Positions 25,739-38,618 of a stretch of DNA of 64,000 nt are shown here, piece after piece. The stretch is from Eledone cirrhosa (Eukaryota): positions 91,078,001 through 91,142,000 of the forward strand of contig OZ024744.1 of the NCBI GenBank assembly GCA_964016885.1. The letters are read 5' to 3'. Numbering within the stretch: the first letter of the stretch is position 1; every line of letters begins with the position of its first letter. The notes under the pieces are model-generated. The model made no database searches and had not been told where the DNA came from. It saw only the letters and a program-made list of their open reading frames with translations. The position numbers and the translations under genes are program-made.

Positions 25739-26883
25739 TTTCTTTATTAGCCACAGGGGCACAAAAGAAGGGGACAATTACAAAGGGGGGAGTTTACATA
25801 CAATAAAAACGTGTAAAATGTTATCACAATTGTAAATTAAAAGTTAATCGATTTTCCCCAATAGGGAGAGACAGTTCATATGGGTAGCACATGCCCCCGA
25901 AAAAATGTGCAACCCTCATCTCCAGGAGTACGAAGAGTTTGTACCCCTTTCCTCTCTTCCTCTTTTTCCTCAACCTCCAGGCTGATATAGAGAGGAGGCC
26001 CATTCACTCGGGCCATTCTCGCCACTTTCACCCACCTTTCATAAAACTTGCTGGGGTACAGCACCTCTCTCTCCATCCTGATACTTCTTCCAAAGTGGTA
26101 TTTGAAAAAAAGAATCAGTTGTTGGCTGGAGAGAAAGGTGTCTGACCTCAGCCCTTTTAACCTCGTCCACCATACAACCTCTTTCGCCATAGCTATCACA
26201 CAAAGGAAAACCGCCTCTCCTTCGTTTTTGAAGGAGGGTGACGGTTTGATCATGACAATGGACTCGGTGGTCAACCGGATTGGTCCCACCCGCGACAATA
26301 GTTGTTTCTACATAGCCCCACAGGTCAGTGACGCCCGGTCAGTGTATGAATGCGTGCGTGATGGTTTCTTCGTCTCGCTCGCACCTCGGACAGATCTTTT
26401 TTGCAGGGTCCCTGCCCGGGCGCCCATGTCTGTAGAGCTTGTCTCGAACTGGTAGAGCTCCTCGGTAGCACTGCCAGGCCAGGGACTTTTGGAAGTTGTC
26501 CATCGGTCCCAGGCGGAAGGTCCTACCGAACAGACTGGCCAGTTCGTCTTCCTCTATGCCTAGAGTTTCACCAAGCACGTCGTCGCACTTGCTGCGGATC
26601 AACCCTCTATAGAATGTCGAAGTGGAGTCTCCACTGATCGCCGGGTTCACCTGCCAGAGGGCTGTGAGCGCCTGAGCACATTCGATGTGCCAGTCGCCCA
26701 TTTTCCTCGGTCTTTGCTTGACCCAGGGCTGCAGCTCGGTCAGCGAGATGAGTCGTGGGAAGGCTCGCCTCACGAACGGGACCCACACCGGTTGTCCGGT
26801 GAGGAATACGTAGAGATGCCGCAGCCTGAGTGTGTGTTTGCGCATCGTCAGCCACGGCATCCCCAGCCCTCCGTTGGAAGGGG
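25739..26883 (-). mobile_element. L1/Tx1-like LINE 3' fragment
   Basis: GGLGMP and CPRC..ETITHAFIH in ORF 26339..26968; continues in ORF 25876..26298. Confidence 0.85.
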
Positions 26884-27220
26884 ATAGATAGATAGTGACA
26901 GGTAGACGATGGATGGATGGATACATAAATTGAACCATCAGCACTGACCACCACAACAAGCCGCACAACCAACAGCACCTCCATGTCTATATATCCATAT
27001 TTTTGGCATAGATTAGATGGGGATGCTATACAGTATATCATCACCCCCAAGTACATTTTATGAGGTGGTTGGTGTTGGTGTTGGTAAGGGCATCCAACTG
27101 TAGAAACCTTGCCAAAATATGGACTGTATGAACAACATGTGTGGTCCCTCCAACATGTCCTAGCTCAGATGGTGACAACTCATCACCCAACACTGTCCAT
27201 GCCAGCATGAAAAGTTGATA

Positions 27221-27256
<36 letters not shown>

Positions 27257-29854
27257 ATCCAGCCATAGAAACCATGCCAAGATTAGGCTTCACCTACATG
27301 CCTGGTTTCATACCATGTCAATCCATCCAACCAATGCCAACTTGGAATGTGGATGTAAAATGATGGTGGTGATGGTAGTGGTGATGGTGGTGATGATGAT
27401 GATGATGATGACGATGATTTCAGTCATTCAGCATTTCTTGTGTGAGACCCAGTGTCCTAAAATCTACCTTGACCTCTCTTTCAGATATTTTTTTTGGTTT
27501 CTTTCTTATGAGTACCCTCCCACCATCTACAGCATTAGTACTTTTTCACATTGTACCCTTTGTTCCTTCTCATCATTTTTTGCTAATGTGGTTTGATGTG
27601 GTATAGGACATTAAAAATTAATGTTATAATAAGAGATTCATCATCGTCATCATCACCACCACCACCGTTTAACGTCCATTCTTCCATGTTAGCATGGGTT
27701 AGACGAGTTGTCCCATCGTGAGATAAGTCAGATCAGATAACCATGTCTTGATCACACAGAACTGTTTCTAGCTTGATTTCTACAGCTGGATGCCCTTCCC
27801 AATACCAACCACATTTGCAGTGTGGAATACATCATCAAATCTGAGAGGGGGGGCCTATTTTACTTTACCTCTCAACATCTTTCATATCTGAATCCTAGTT
27901 CTTTCTTCAACCCGCACAAGATCCCACTGCACATCTTGTGTCTCCACAGAACTGAATACCTAAATACTCCATTTCTACCGGTCCAGAAAGGTCTTTTCTC
28001 AGATGACAACCCTCACTAACAAGTTGATCTTTACTCCTTTGAACCCTGCATCAATTTTCCAGGTTTGGAAGTTCAAAGGCTTACACCAGATCAACAAATG
28101 TATAGGAGAATGGTTTGTTATTATATAAAAATAATTTCTTAATTTCTTTCAATAGAAACATGATATCTCTGGTTCCACAACATGTTACTAACACTCAAAT
28201 GGCATCTTATTCTTATATAACTAACTTTCTCATTATTAAGCTGGTGTTTGGAATATAACCTAACAAAGATTGTTATATAAAATTATGATGAAATAATTTT
28301 AGATAAATATAAACACTTTAAACCTTTCGTTACCATATTTCTAATGAAAAACACTGCCTATAATTTTCAAATAATTTTGAAAAATAAACAATTTGGAGGG
28401 ATTTAGTAACTGAAAAGGGGCTGATCTTCAGATAAGACCAAGGAAACAATGATTTTATTGGCTTTTCTGTGATTGATATTATCTGTTGGACACAACTTCT
28501 GAAAGAAGTGTCACCCCTTTTCCAGTGACAACAGGTGCAATTTGACCTCAGAACACACAACTGGAACAAATACTGCAAGGCTGATTATTTTTCATTATTC
28601 ATCTGGTATTTGGAATATAACTTACTTAACCCTTTAGTTACCAATCTGGACAAAAAACCAGCTCTGGTTCTATGAAATAAAACCACCATTTTAAAGGTTT
28701 CCAATTTAAATTAAAATCTTCCAACATAATTTTATATAAGAACCTTACATTATTACCTTTAGTTACCAACCCAGCCAAAACTGGCTTTGGTTCTATGAAA
28801 TAAAACCACCCATTTTAAAGATTTCTAAATTAAATTAAAATCATCGAACATAATTTTATGTACAAACTTTACATTAAGTTACTATCTTTGTTACCAATCT
28901 GGTCAAAACTGGCTCTGGTTCTATGAAATAAAGCCACCCATTTTAAAGGTTTCCTGCTTACATTAAGTTACTATCTTAGTTACCAGCCTGGCGAAAACCA
29001 TCTCTGGTTCTATGAAATAAAACCACTCATTTTAAAGCTTTCCAAATTAATTTAAAATCTTCCAACATAATTTTATATAAGAACCTTACATTAAGTTACT
29101 ATCTTAGTTATAAAATAATTAATAATTTTAGTAAATCCCTCAAAATTCTTCATTAATTAATTAAAATAGAGTGTATTTTATTGGAAATCCAGTCATGAAA
29201 GGGTTAAGAAAATCATTAATTCATAAAAAATGTAGTCATGAAAGGGTTCCTTCTTACATAAAATGAAACATTTTTAGATAAATACTACAACAAATAAACA
29301 GCTTTGTATCACAGAAAGGGAAGTTTCGGGTAGTTTCATATCAAATAATAATCATCATCATCACCGTTTAACGTCCATTCTTTCACGCTAGCATTGGTTA
29401 GACGAGTTGTCCAGTTATGGGCAAGGCTAGGTCAGGTGACCATGTCTTGCTCCTTGAAAACTGATTTTGGCTTGGTTTCTACAGCTGGATGCCCTTCCTA
29501 ACACCAATTTGGTGTCAAATAATCATCATGTACTTTAAAAAGCCTAATTTTTATCTTTTTTTTTTTTGTTTGTTTCTCGACAGCTGGTTCAGCTGCTTCT
29601 CTTACTTTCTAAACTCCCATTTATATATTGTAACTTTGGATGACCCTAATGCCTACTCTTGTACATCTTTCTTTCTTTTCATTGCTAATGAACACAGATG
29701 AAGAAACAGATGAGTAAATATTAACAACAAATAAAAAGAGAAGAAAAGGAAATGGAAATGGAAATGATAATGAAATGAATTGAAAACAATGTCTTTTTTT
29801 ATATATGTGTGGTAAGTATTGGAATATATTTTACATTACATCTGACACTAGTAT

Positions 29855-30961
29855 CAGAGAGAGAGAGAGAGAGAGAGATTGGGGTGTAGAGAGGGGGTAG
29901 AGATGGCAGAGAGAGGGGGAGTAGAGATGGAGATGGGGGGCAGAGAGGGGGCGATGGCAGAGAGAAGGGGGAGATAGAGAGAGGGGGGAGATGGGGAGAG
30001 AGAGGGAGAGAGTAGTAGAGATGGAAAGAGAGAGGGAGATAGGGGGGAGAGAAGAGTAGGAGATAGGGGGAGAGAGGGGTAGGAGATAGGGGGAGAGAAA
30101 GTTGGAAGCGAATGAGTATGTGTATGCGTGAGTGAGTGTGAATGTGTATGTGTGAGCAAGTGTGTGTGTGAGCAAGTGAGTGTGTGTGAGAGTGAGTGAA
30201 AGTGTGTGTGTGTTTTTGTGTGAGTGTGTGTGTGTGTGTGTATAAGTGTGTGAGAGTGAGTGTGTGTGGGTGTGAGTGAGTGAGTGTGTGTGTATGAGTG
30301 AGTGAGTGTGTGTATGAGTGAGTGAGTGTGTGTGTGGGTGTATATGAGTGAGTGTGTGGGTGTGTATGAGTGAGTGTGTGGGTGTGTATGAGTGAGTGAG
30401 TGTGTGGGTGTGTATGAGTGAGTGAGTGTGTGTGTGTGTATGAGTGAGTGAGTGTATGAGTGAGTGAGTGAGTGTGTGTGGATGTGTATGAGTGAGTGAG
30501 TGTGTGTGTGGGTGTGTATGAGTGAGTGAGTGTGTGTGGGTGTGTATGAGTGAGTGAGTGAGTGAGTGTGTGTGGGTGTGTGAGTGAGTGAGTGAGTGTG
30601 TGTGTGTGTATGAGTGAGTGAGTGTGTGTGTGGATGTGTATGAGTGAGTGAGTGTGTGTGGGTGTGTATGAGTGAGTGAGTGAGTGTGTAGGTGTGAGTG
30701 AGTGAGTGTGTAGGTGTGTGTGAGTGAGTGAGTGTGTATGTGTGGGTATGAGTGAGTGAGTGGGTGTGTATGAATGAGTGAGTATGTGTGTGGGAGTGAG
30801 TGAGTGAGTGAGTGAGTGTGTGTGTGTGTGTGTGTAAGTGTGCGCGCGCGCGCGTGTGTGCGTGTGCGTGTGCGTGTGCGTGTGTGTGTGTGTGTGTGAG
30901 TGAGTGAGTGTCTGTGGGTATGCGTGAGTGAGTGAGAGAGAGAGAGAGAGAGAGAGTGTGT

Positions 30962-31015
<54 letters not shown>
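29855..31015. repeat. Compound (GA)n/(GAGT)n/(GT)n microsatellite
   Basis: Over 1.1 kb of simple repeat. Confidence 0.95.
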
Positions 31016-31017
<2 letters not shown>

Positions 31018-31097
31018 CTATTGTATTTAGTTATTCAGGTCAGTGTTTTTATTAGTTCTTACTGTGTGTTATACAGAACTGAGCCACCCCCCTTTGT

Positions 31098-31440
31098 TCA
31101 TTGTCATTGACATCATTATTGTTCTCGTCATCGTTGTGGTCATCATCATCATCAATATGATCATCATCAGTGTTGGCGTCATCACCATCACCTTGATTGT
31201 CATCATGATCAGTCATCATCATCATTGTCAACGTTATCATCATCATCATCATCTAAATAATTGTTGTCATGGTCACCATCGTCATCATGATCACTATTGT
31301 CATCATCATCATCACCATCGACATCATTGTCGTCATCATCATATCATCAGAGTCGTCATCATCATTGTCAATGTTATCATCACCATCATCACCATTGTCA
31401 TCATCCTCATCATCATCACCATCATCATTGTTGTCATTTT
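31098..31440. repeat. Degenerate (CAT)n trinucleotide tract
   Basis: Produces spurious His-, Ile- and Ser-rich ORFs. Confidence 0.9.
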
Positions 31441-31815
31441 TATGTCCAACATTCCCGTGTTTTCATGGGCTGACACACAAGACTTTTGAAGCAGGGTTTT
31501 CTACAGCCCGATTCCCTTCCTCACACCAACCTGAACCTTATTTCTTTAACTATTGTATAGGTAGACATAAATCGCTACATTGCAGGACATGTTTACGAAG
31601 GACATAAACAACAATGACACAAACAGTGTGAATATAACATTTACAGTGACTGACATAAAACACACAACCACGCACACACACACACACGCACACACCCACC
31701 CACACAGCAGGTTCTGCAGTTTCTGTCTACCAAATTCCACCCATAGGGCATTGGTCAACCAGTAGCTATAGTGAAAGACACTTTTAAAATCAAAATAAAA
31801 ACTATTAAATTTAAC

Positions 31816-31906
31816 CTGATATTCATAAAATCCTGTTTTCAAAGCTTCTTTAAACAACAGCTTTTCAAAGCTAGTCTCCGTTTCTTGAATCTTCCTATTT
31901 ATTTCA
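31816..31906 (-). CDS. LARS1: LeuRS exon
   Basis: ag|EINRKIQETETSFEKLLFKEALKTGFYEYQ|gttaaa; 91 nt. Confidence 0.95.
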
Positions 31907-32608
31907 CTAAATAAAGAAAAAAAAGGAAAAATTAACTTTTCAATTAAAAAAATTTTTTTCTTTCTTTTAAATAATTGTTTCTACTTTTGGCACAAGGCCA
32001 GCAATTATCCCAGTACATTACTGGTACTTTATTTTTATTGACTCCGTAAGGATGAAAGGCAAAGCTAACCTCTGCGGGATTTTAACTCAAAACGTAAAGG
32101 GATGTTAATCTATGCTGCAAAGCATGGCATCTGATGCTCTACCAATCCTTGGGCAATAAGTCCTGGGTGCATAACTCATGAATGAAAGAGGCCTTTTTCC
32201 TTAATCAGTCCAAAATTCCTGGACCAAGTGAAGATTTATAAAACAATTTACCCCAAATATAGTAAATTCATGTGATTATATTTATCTTGTGTATTAAACC
32301 TGGGTAAATCCAGGTATGGTTGCTAGTATATAATAATTGTTTCTACTTTTGGCACAAGGCCAGCAATTACCCTAGTGCATTACTGGTACTTTATTTTATC
32401 GACCCCGCAAGGATTGAAAGACAAAGTCAACCTCGGTGGGATTTGACCTCAGATCGCAAAGGGAAGTAACTATGCTGCAAAGAATGGCGCCCGACCCCCT
32501 ACCAATACTGGCAATTCACAGTATATAATAATAATTATAATTTTTCTTTAGTTTTTTTTTTTCTAATTTCTTTTATAATAATAATAGTAAAAATAAGTTA
32601 AAACTTAC

Positions 32609-32789
32609 TTCGCAAAAACTTTATCGTTGAAATTATATGAGCCACTTCTCATACTGTTTAGGAGAGGAACCATTTCTTTGACCCATTCCAAATAGGAATG
32701 CAGTCTCAACAAACCACTATCAGCCATTTTCTCAACAAAATTGGCATCTTCTACGAAGTCCCCAGCATCAGCCAAAGCCATTCTCATAC
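32609..32789 (-). CDS. LARS1: LeuRS exon
   Basis: ag|[39 protein letters not shown]...FNDKVFA|gtaagt; 181 nt. Confidence 0.96.
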
Positions 32790-33756
32790 CTGTAAATATA
32801 TATAATAAATAGCAAGAATACCTGCTGTAGACAGAAACATACACAAAACATATGATCTCATATACCAGCGGCTGACATGGTGTTCCCCTGACCAGGGTGT
32901 ATGAGAGGGGGGGGGGGGGTTAGATCCAGCTGGTACTTTGATCCCTGGCCCAAGAGCTTAAGGGCTCCACAGCAATCATGCAACATCCATTTTGAGAAAA
33001 ATCTTTGCCTGCTTCGCACCCCAAAGGGGTCTTGTATCGTCTTGCAAAATTTCTCTTGGAGGCCCTGCCTCTGACGGATCCTTGGAGTAAAGTTATTCAA
33101 TAGGGTGCATAACTTGGAGACCAGGGTGTTGCTCAAGGTAGAGCTACTACTTCTTTGAATCAAGAGATTTCGGCTCTGGTACTGTGGATAAGTGGTTAGG
33201 GACACCTAAAGAAAATTTTATAGGCAAGCAAAGTCAACTGGCAAGGGGACCCAGAAGTAGACCATGAGTAAGATGGTTGGATAACATCCATAAGCTTGGT
33301 TGCTTTCACTTGGGGATCCAGCTGGCTGCTTCTGATAGAACCCTCTGGAAGGCGTGTCTAGGGACTGTTCCCCCAACAGCCCTCAGTAGAAAGAATAAAG
33401 GAGGAGGATGGGGAGGAGGAGGCAGAGGAGGCAGGCTAGCAGAAAGAGGAGGAAGAGGAGGTGGTAGTGGTGGTGGTTTTTAGAAGCAATTTATATCTTG
33501 TCTTGAGCTGTAACAACACATCCAAATCATGGTAGCATGGAGAACTACAAGCCTAAAATGATGATGATGATGATGATGGTTGCGATGATGATGATGATGG
33601 TCATGATGATATCTTGTCATCATGACCATCATCTTTATTTACCATTTTACATAGCAACTTTCCATGCTTGCAGGTGAGGTTTATCAGAGGGTGTGGAAGG
33701 TGCTGTTTGGGAAGAGAGGATGAAGCAATCAGGCAGGATGAGGATGTGGTCTATGA

Positions 33757-34084
33757 CAGTGGTCACCAACCTTTCAGACCTCAAGGACCACTAAATTCAT
33801 AATTTTAAATCCCGCAGACCCCTAATATGAATTAATGGTCAATGGTCAAAACAATACTGAAGCGTACGTGTGTCATATTGTCAATAGATGAAACATATGT
33901 ATAAAATTCTTTCATGAATGTTAGCTCTTTACTGAGAAGAAACATTTCTTAGGGATGTTATAAAATATATTTTAACAGAATATCATTTTTGATTTATTAT
34001 TAATAAAACATAAAAATTGCAAATAATGTCCACATTTTTCTGTGGACTCCCAGTGGTTCGCAGGTGACTGGTTGGTGACCGCTG
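33757..34084. mobile_element. hAT/Charlie-type MITE
   Basis: TIR cagtggtcaccaacc / ggttggtgaccgctg with tctatga flanks. Confidence 0.75.
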
Positions 34085-34369
34085 TCTATGAGGTAAGGCA
34101 ATCTAAGTTGTGATACTTAGTTGGTGAAAAGAGAGGAGGGATCAGTGCAGATTAGTTTCCTCTAAATGTTGGGCCAATGGAAAACACAGTCAACAAAGCT
34201 ACTTGAGGGGACATGTGATATGGTCTGATTAGCTCAGTTATTAGAAATATATGTATGTCTGTGTGTGTGTGTGTGTGTGATGTGTGTACATGCATGCTAT
34301 TTAATTAATATGGTAACAAAATGTGTAATTGATTATTTCCTTTATTGAAGATAGATTAAGCAAACATAC

Positions 34370-34433
34370 CATCAGCAGAATACTTTTCAATAGCTTCAGA
34401 AAGAGTAAGGAAATTTCCTGATGACTTGGACAT
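34370..34433 (-). CDS. LARS1: LeuRS exon (MSKS of the class I KMSKS motif)
   Basis: ag|MSKSSGNFLTLSEAIEKYSAD(G)|gtatgt; 64 nt. Confidence 0.96.
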
Positions 34434-36605
34434 CTAAAAGAAGAAATATAGAATATATGATATTTAAGTTATTTTTTACAAAAATCCAAAGTTCCTGAAA
34501 ATATGCGCATATCTATATACATGCCTGACCAGCTTTCTGAAAAAAATATTTAATAACCCTTTAGCATTTAAACTGGGTGTATCCGGCCAGAATTCTCTCA
34601 CCTCTTTCTGTTCAAACCAGCCATAATCGGCTGCTCATACTTATGTTAAGGTATTGTTCTCAAAATAAATAATATCAAAATCTCATTGAATCGATATTAT
34701 GTGAGATAATTATGTGAAATAATGTGTTTACTGTGAAAATACAATAGTTAATATAGAGAAATGCAAATGCTAAAGGGTTAAGTTATTGTTACAAAAAATC
34801 CTGAAAATATGTGTATATGTGTATACTTTCTGAAAAAAATATTTAAGCAAGCATGTCTAGCTCTCTGGAAACATGTGTCCAAATATATAAGCAATATCTC
34901 TCTCTCACTCTCTTTCTCTCTCTCATCAATATATTCATCATTGTCATTTAATATTTGTTTTCATGCTGGCATGAGTTGGTCAGGTTATGCTCTGAGACAA
35001 GACAGGTCTGAGGAAGCTCATTTTACTAATACATTCCATTTTCTGCAACATGGTTTCTATGGTTGGATGCCCTTACTAACACCAACTACTTTACAGAGTA
35101 TACAGGGTGTATCTTATCATGTCACCAGCACTATTGAGGTTGTCATGTGCTCGGTTAGACTGAAGAGTTTTTCTACCCTATATTGTCACTATTCAATTGC
35201 CAACTACATTACAGAGTGTACAGGGTGTATTCTATCATTTCACCAGTACTAGTGTTTGTCATGTGCTTGATTAGACTGAAAAGTACTTTCTACCCTATAT
35301 TGTCCTCATTCAATTGTCAATCACTTTACAGAGTATACTGGGTGCATTTTTTATAGCACCAACACTAAAGAGGTTGTTAAGTCCTAGACAGGACCAAAGG
35401 ATCCCTTCTTTAACTCATGTGTTGATATGAGAGCAAACCAAAGTATAAGAGACATCATAAAACATTAACTCTTTTGATTCGAACCCACCTGAAACCACCC
35501 TTGGTTCTGTCATAAAACTATCCATTTTAAAGTGTTTATATCTAAATTGAAATTTTATATTTCAAAGTGAATAGAGCAAAACGTTTTTTTCTCTGAGAGT
35601 TCCTTATACTCTGACGAAGGGAATTTTTAAGCCCCAAAATATTACGATGGATAAATCAACAAAAATAAAAAAAGATTAGCAGGTAACTAACGTTTTCGCT
35701 ACCTTCATTTTATATTGTTTAGCCTTATATATTATATACAATACTTCAAGCTAACTACGACATTTTATTATTATAAGAACTTTTTTATTACGTTCTAAAT
35801 GTCAATGTAATGAAAAAGTTGTTTTACTAAAACCTTCCAAACTCCTGGTTATTTTCAATATTAACTGAAACTTATTCAATGAATTTCACGAGAAATGTGG
35901 TAATCATCATCATCATTGTTTTAATGTCTGCTAGCAATGGTTGGACAAGTCTTCATAGACCAAGTCAGTACTGAAGCAGTGGCTACTGATCTCCCAGACA
36001 AGCCCAGGATCTGTCATCTCGCTTATATACAGTCTCACGTTCTACGAAGTACACAGGTGAAATTCTCATGTCTTTGACACATCTGAGGGTCCTCCCAACA
36101 ACTTTGTCTGGCAAGCTTTCTACAACTGGATGCCCTTCCTATCACCAACCATTTTAAGGTGTGTACTTAGTGTTTATCATGTATATCACCAAACACTAGA
36201 GAGACTGACACAACCGAAGGGTCCTCCCAACCCTTTGTTTGGCAAACTTGGAAAAGTTAAATCAGAGAGTCACTGTTTTTATGTTCATTCTTCCATGTAC
36301 ACATTGAATGAAGGTTGGAGTTTATCGTACCTAGTTTCATGAGGTATCCAGTGACCACCTCGGGTGTGATGCCAATTCATTACAAGGTAAACTACCCCTG
36401 GGTAAACTACAAGTGTGTGTATATGTGAGAGGAAACGGCCTAACGTGTCTCAAGCATGAAGGTTCATTAGGCTGATGCTTATCTAGGTTTCCTTGGCATT
36501 AGGGCTTAGTGGTTAGGGTGTTGGGCTTACGATCATATTGTCATAGGTTTGATTCCTGGACCAGGTGGTGCATTGTGTTCTTGAACAAAACATTTCATTC
36601 CACAT

Positions 36606-36941
36606 GGCTTAGTGGTTAGAGCATTGGGCTTGCAATCGAAAGGTTGTGAGTTCAATTCTCAGACCGGGTGATGTGTTGTTTCCTTGAGCAAGACACTTTA
36701 TTTCACATTGCTCCAGTTTACTCAGCTGTAGAAATGAGATGATAGGGACTGGGGTCCATATCATTCCACTGCAAAGTGGTCGTGGAGGTGCCACAGCAAA
36801 AAAGCACCCACCACTCACTGTAAATGAGGTTGGTGTTAGGAAGGGTATCCAGCTGTAGAAATCAAGCCAGAATCAGTTCCCGTCCCACCCTTGCAAGCAG
36901 GGAAAAGCGGACGTAAAATGATGATGATGATGAAGATGATG
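36606..36941 (+). mobile_element. Chimeric SINE: tRNA-like head plus RTE 3' tail (copies at 5281-5600(-), 37430-37718, 47329-47645, 50547-50936(-))
   Basis: tagtggttagagc and gagttcaattctc A/B boxes, tccttgagcaagacactt core, RTE-type tail ending in (GAT)n. Confidence 0.85.
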
Positions 36942-37091
36942 ATTGCTCCAGTAAACTCAGCTGAAAATAAGTACTTGCAGTAGTCAGGAGGAGGAGGGAG
37001 TTAACTGGATAGGACTAGCATCCTATCCAGAGAAGAGTTTTTTACTCTCAGTAGCTTAACTCCAATGAAAAATGAGGCCAAGGATAAGCAC

Positions 37092-37148
<57 letters not shown>

Positions 37149-37210
37149 AAAGAGATTAAAAATATAAATGAGCCAAAAAAAGAAAAAAAGAATGGAAATG
37201 TAAAACTTAC

Positions 37211-37268
37211 CTTTTCTGAATTCAAAAGCAAATGTCCATTAGCTCGAATACTTTGTGGCCATTTTGAA
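37211..37268 (-). CDS. LARS1: LeuRS exon (ends in K of KMSKS)
   Basis: ag|SKWPQSIRANGHLLLNSEK|gtaagt; 58 nt. Confidence 0.96.
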
Positions 37269-37719
37269 CTGAAAGTACAATTTGACAATATGCAGTTATT
37301 CTTCAGGTGTAGAGAAAGGGTTTCTTTTTAAATAGATGTATGAGGCTCAGCTGAAAAGTTCATAGGCTGACCATGAAGGAGTGATGCTGGAGTTATGTAA
37401 TCTTGCATGTATTAATTTCAACTAATATGGAGGCACATGGCTTAGTGGTTAGAGCATTGGGCTTGCAATCGAAAGGTTGTAAGTTTAATTCTCAGACCGG
37501 ATGATGTGCAAAGTGGTCGTGGAGGTGCCAGGGCAAAAAAGCACCCAGCCCACCCTGTAAAGTGGACGTGTAGGTGCCACGGAAAAAAAGCACCCTGCAC
37601 TCACTGTAAATGAGGTTGGTGTTAGGAAGGGTATCCAGCTGTAGAAATCAAGCCAGAATCAGTTCCCGTCCCACCCTTGCAAGCAGGGAAAAGCGGACGT
37701 AAAATGATGATGATGATGG

Positions 37720-38130
37720 TCATGAATCTTGGGTAATGACCAAAAGAATACGATCACAAATACAAGCGACCAAAAGGGGGTTCCTCCAAAGGGTCTTTGG
37801 AGTAACATTACTCGATAGAGTGCATAGCTCAGAAATCAGAGAGTCACTCCAGGTAGAACCACTACTTCTCCGAATTGAGGGATCACAACTCCGATACTGT
37901 GGGCATGTGGTTAGAATGTCATAGGAAAGAATTGCTGGAGAAAGTTTACGGGCAAAACCAAGTGGCAGGAGACCTTGTGGTAGACCCCGAGCAAGATGGT
38001 TGGATAACATTCATGAGCTTGGCTGGTCTCGCTTGGGGATCCAGCCAAAACAGTTGGAGACGTTTGCTTCTGCTAGGACCTGCTGGAAGGCGTGTTTGAG
38101 GACTCTGCCCTCACGACCCTCTCAAGAAGA
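37720..38130 (+). mobile_element. RTE (Rex3/Expander-like) 3' fragment; related copy at ~32960-33390
   Basis: HESWVMTKRIRSQIQA...LQVEPLLLRIEGSQLRYCGHVVRM; followed by a GAA-rich tract. Confidence 0.78.
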
Positions 38131-38405
38131 AAAAAAGAAAAAGAAAAATAAGAAAGAGGGGCAGAGAAGGTAAAGAAGGAGGAGGAGAAATAGAAAAGAA
38201 GAAAAAAGAGGGGAAAGAAAAAAAAGAAAAAAGGAGGTGGGTTGGAAAGAAGGGGGAGGAGGAGGGATGAAGAGAAGGAAGAGGAGGGGTGGAAAGAAGG
38301 AGGAGGGGAGGGGAAGAGGAGGAAAATAAGATAAAGACAAAGATAAAGAAAAAGAAAAAAAGGAAGACAAAAGAAAGAGGCAAAATAAACAGAATTTCAA
38401 CCTAC

Positions 38406-38618
38406 CTGTCATTTTTCCAGATAGCACAATGATTGTATAAATAATAGGTAAGATGGTTGGGTACAAGATCTTTACCAGAGACACGTAAATCTACTGGATA
38501 CCAATATTCAAATTCATTTTTTAGTTTATCTAGAGTAGCTTTAGGAATATTTGTCTTGGGAAACGGACTCTTTTTGAAGAATATATAATCCCAAACTTCA
38601 GGAGTGAGCTGTTCCGGC
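38406..38618 (-). CDS. LARS1: LeuRS exon
   Basis: ag|[13 protein letters not shown]...[36 protein letters not shown]|gtaggt; 213 nt. Confidence 0.97.

Noticed and set aside
35611-35650. Hammerhead-like ctgacgaaggg...ccccaaaatatt
   Set aside because: GAAA is mutated and stems I and III are unconvincing. At most a decayed remnant.
36606-36670. tRNA gene (also 22056, 25393, 37430, 47329)
   Set aside because: A/B boxes are present but there is no acceptor stem, and the sequence runs into a SINE body.
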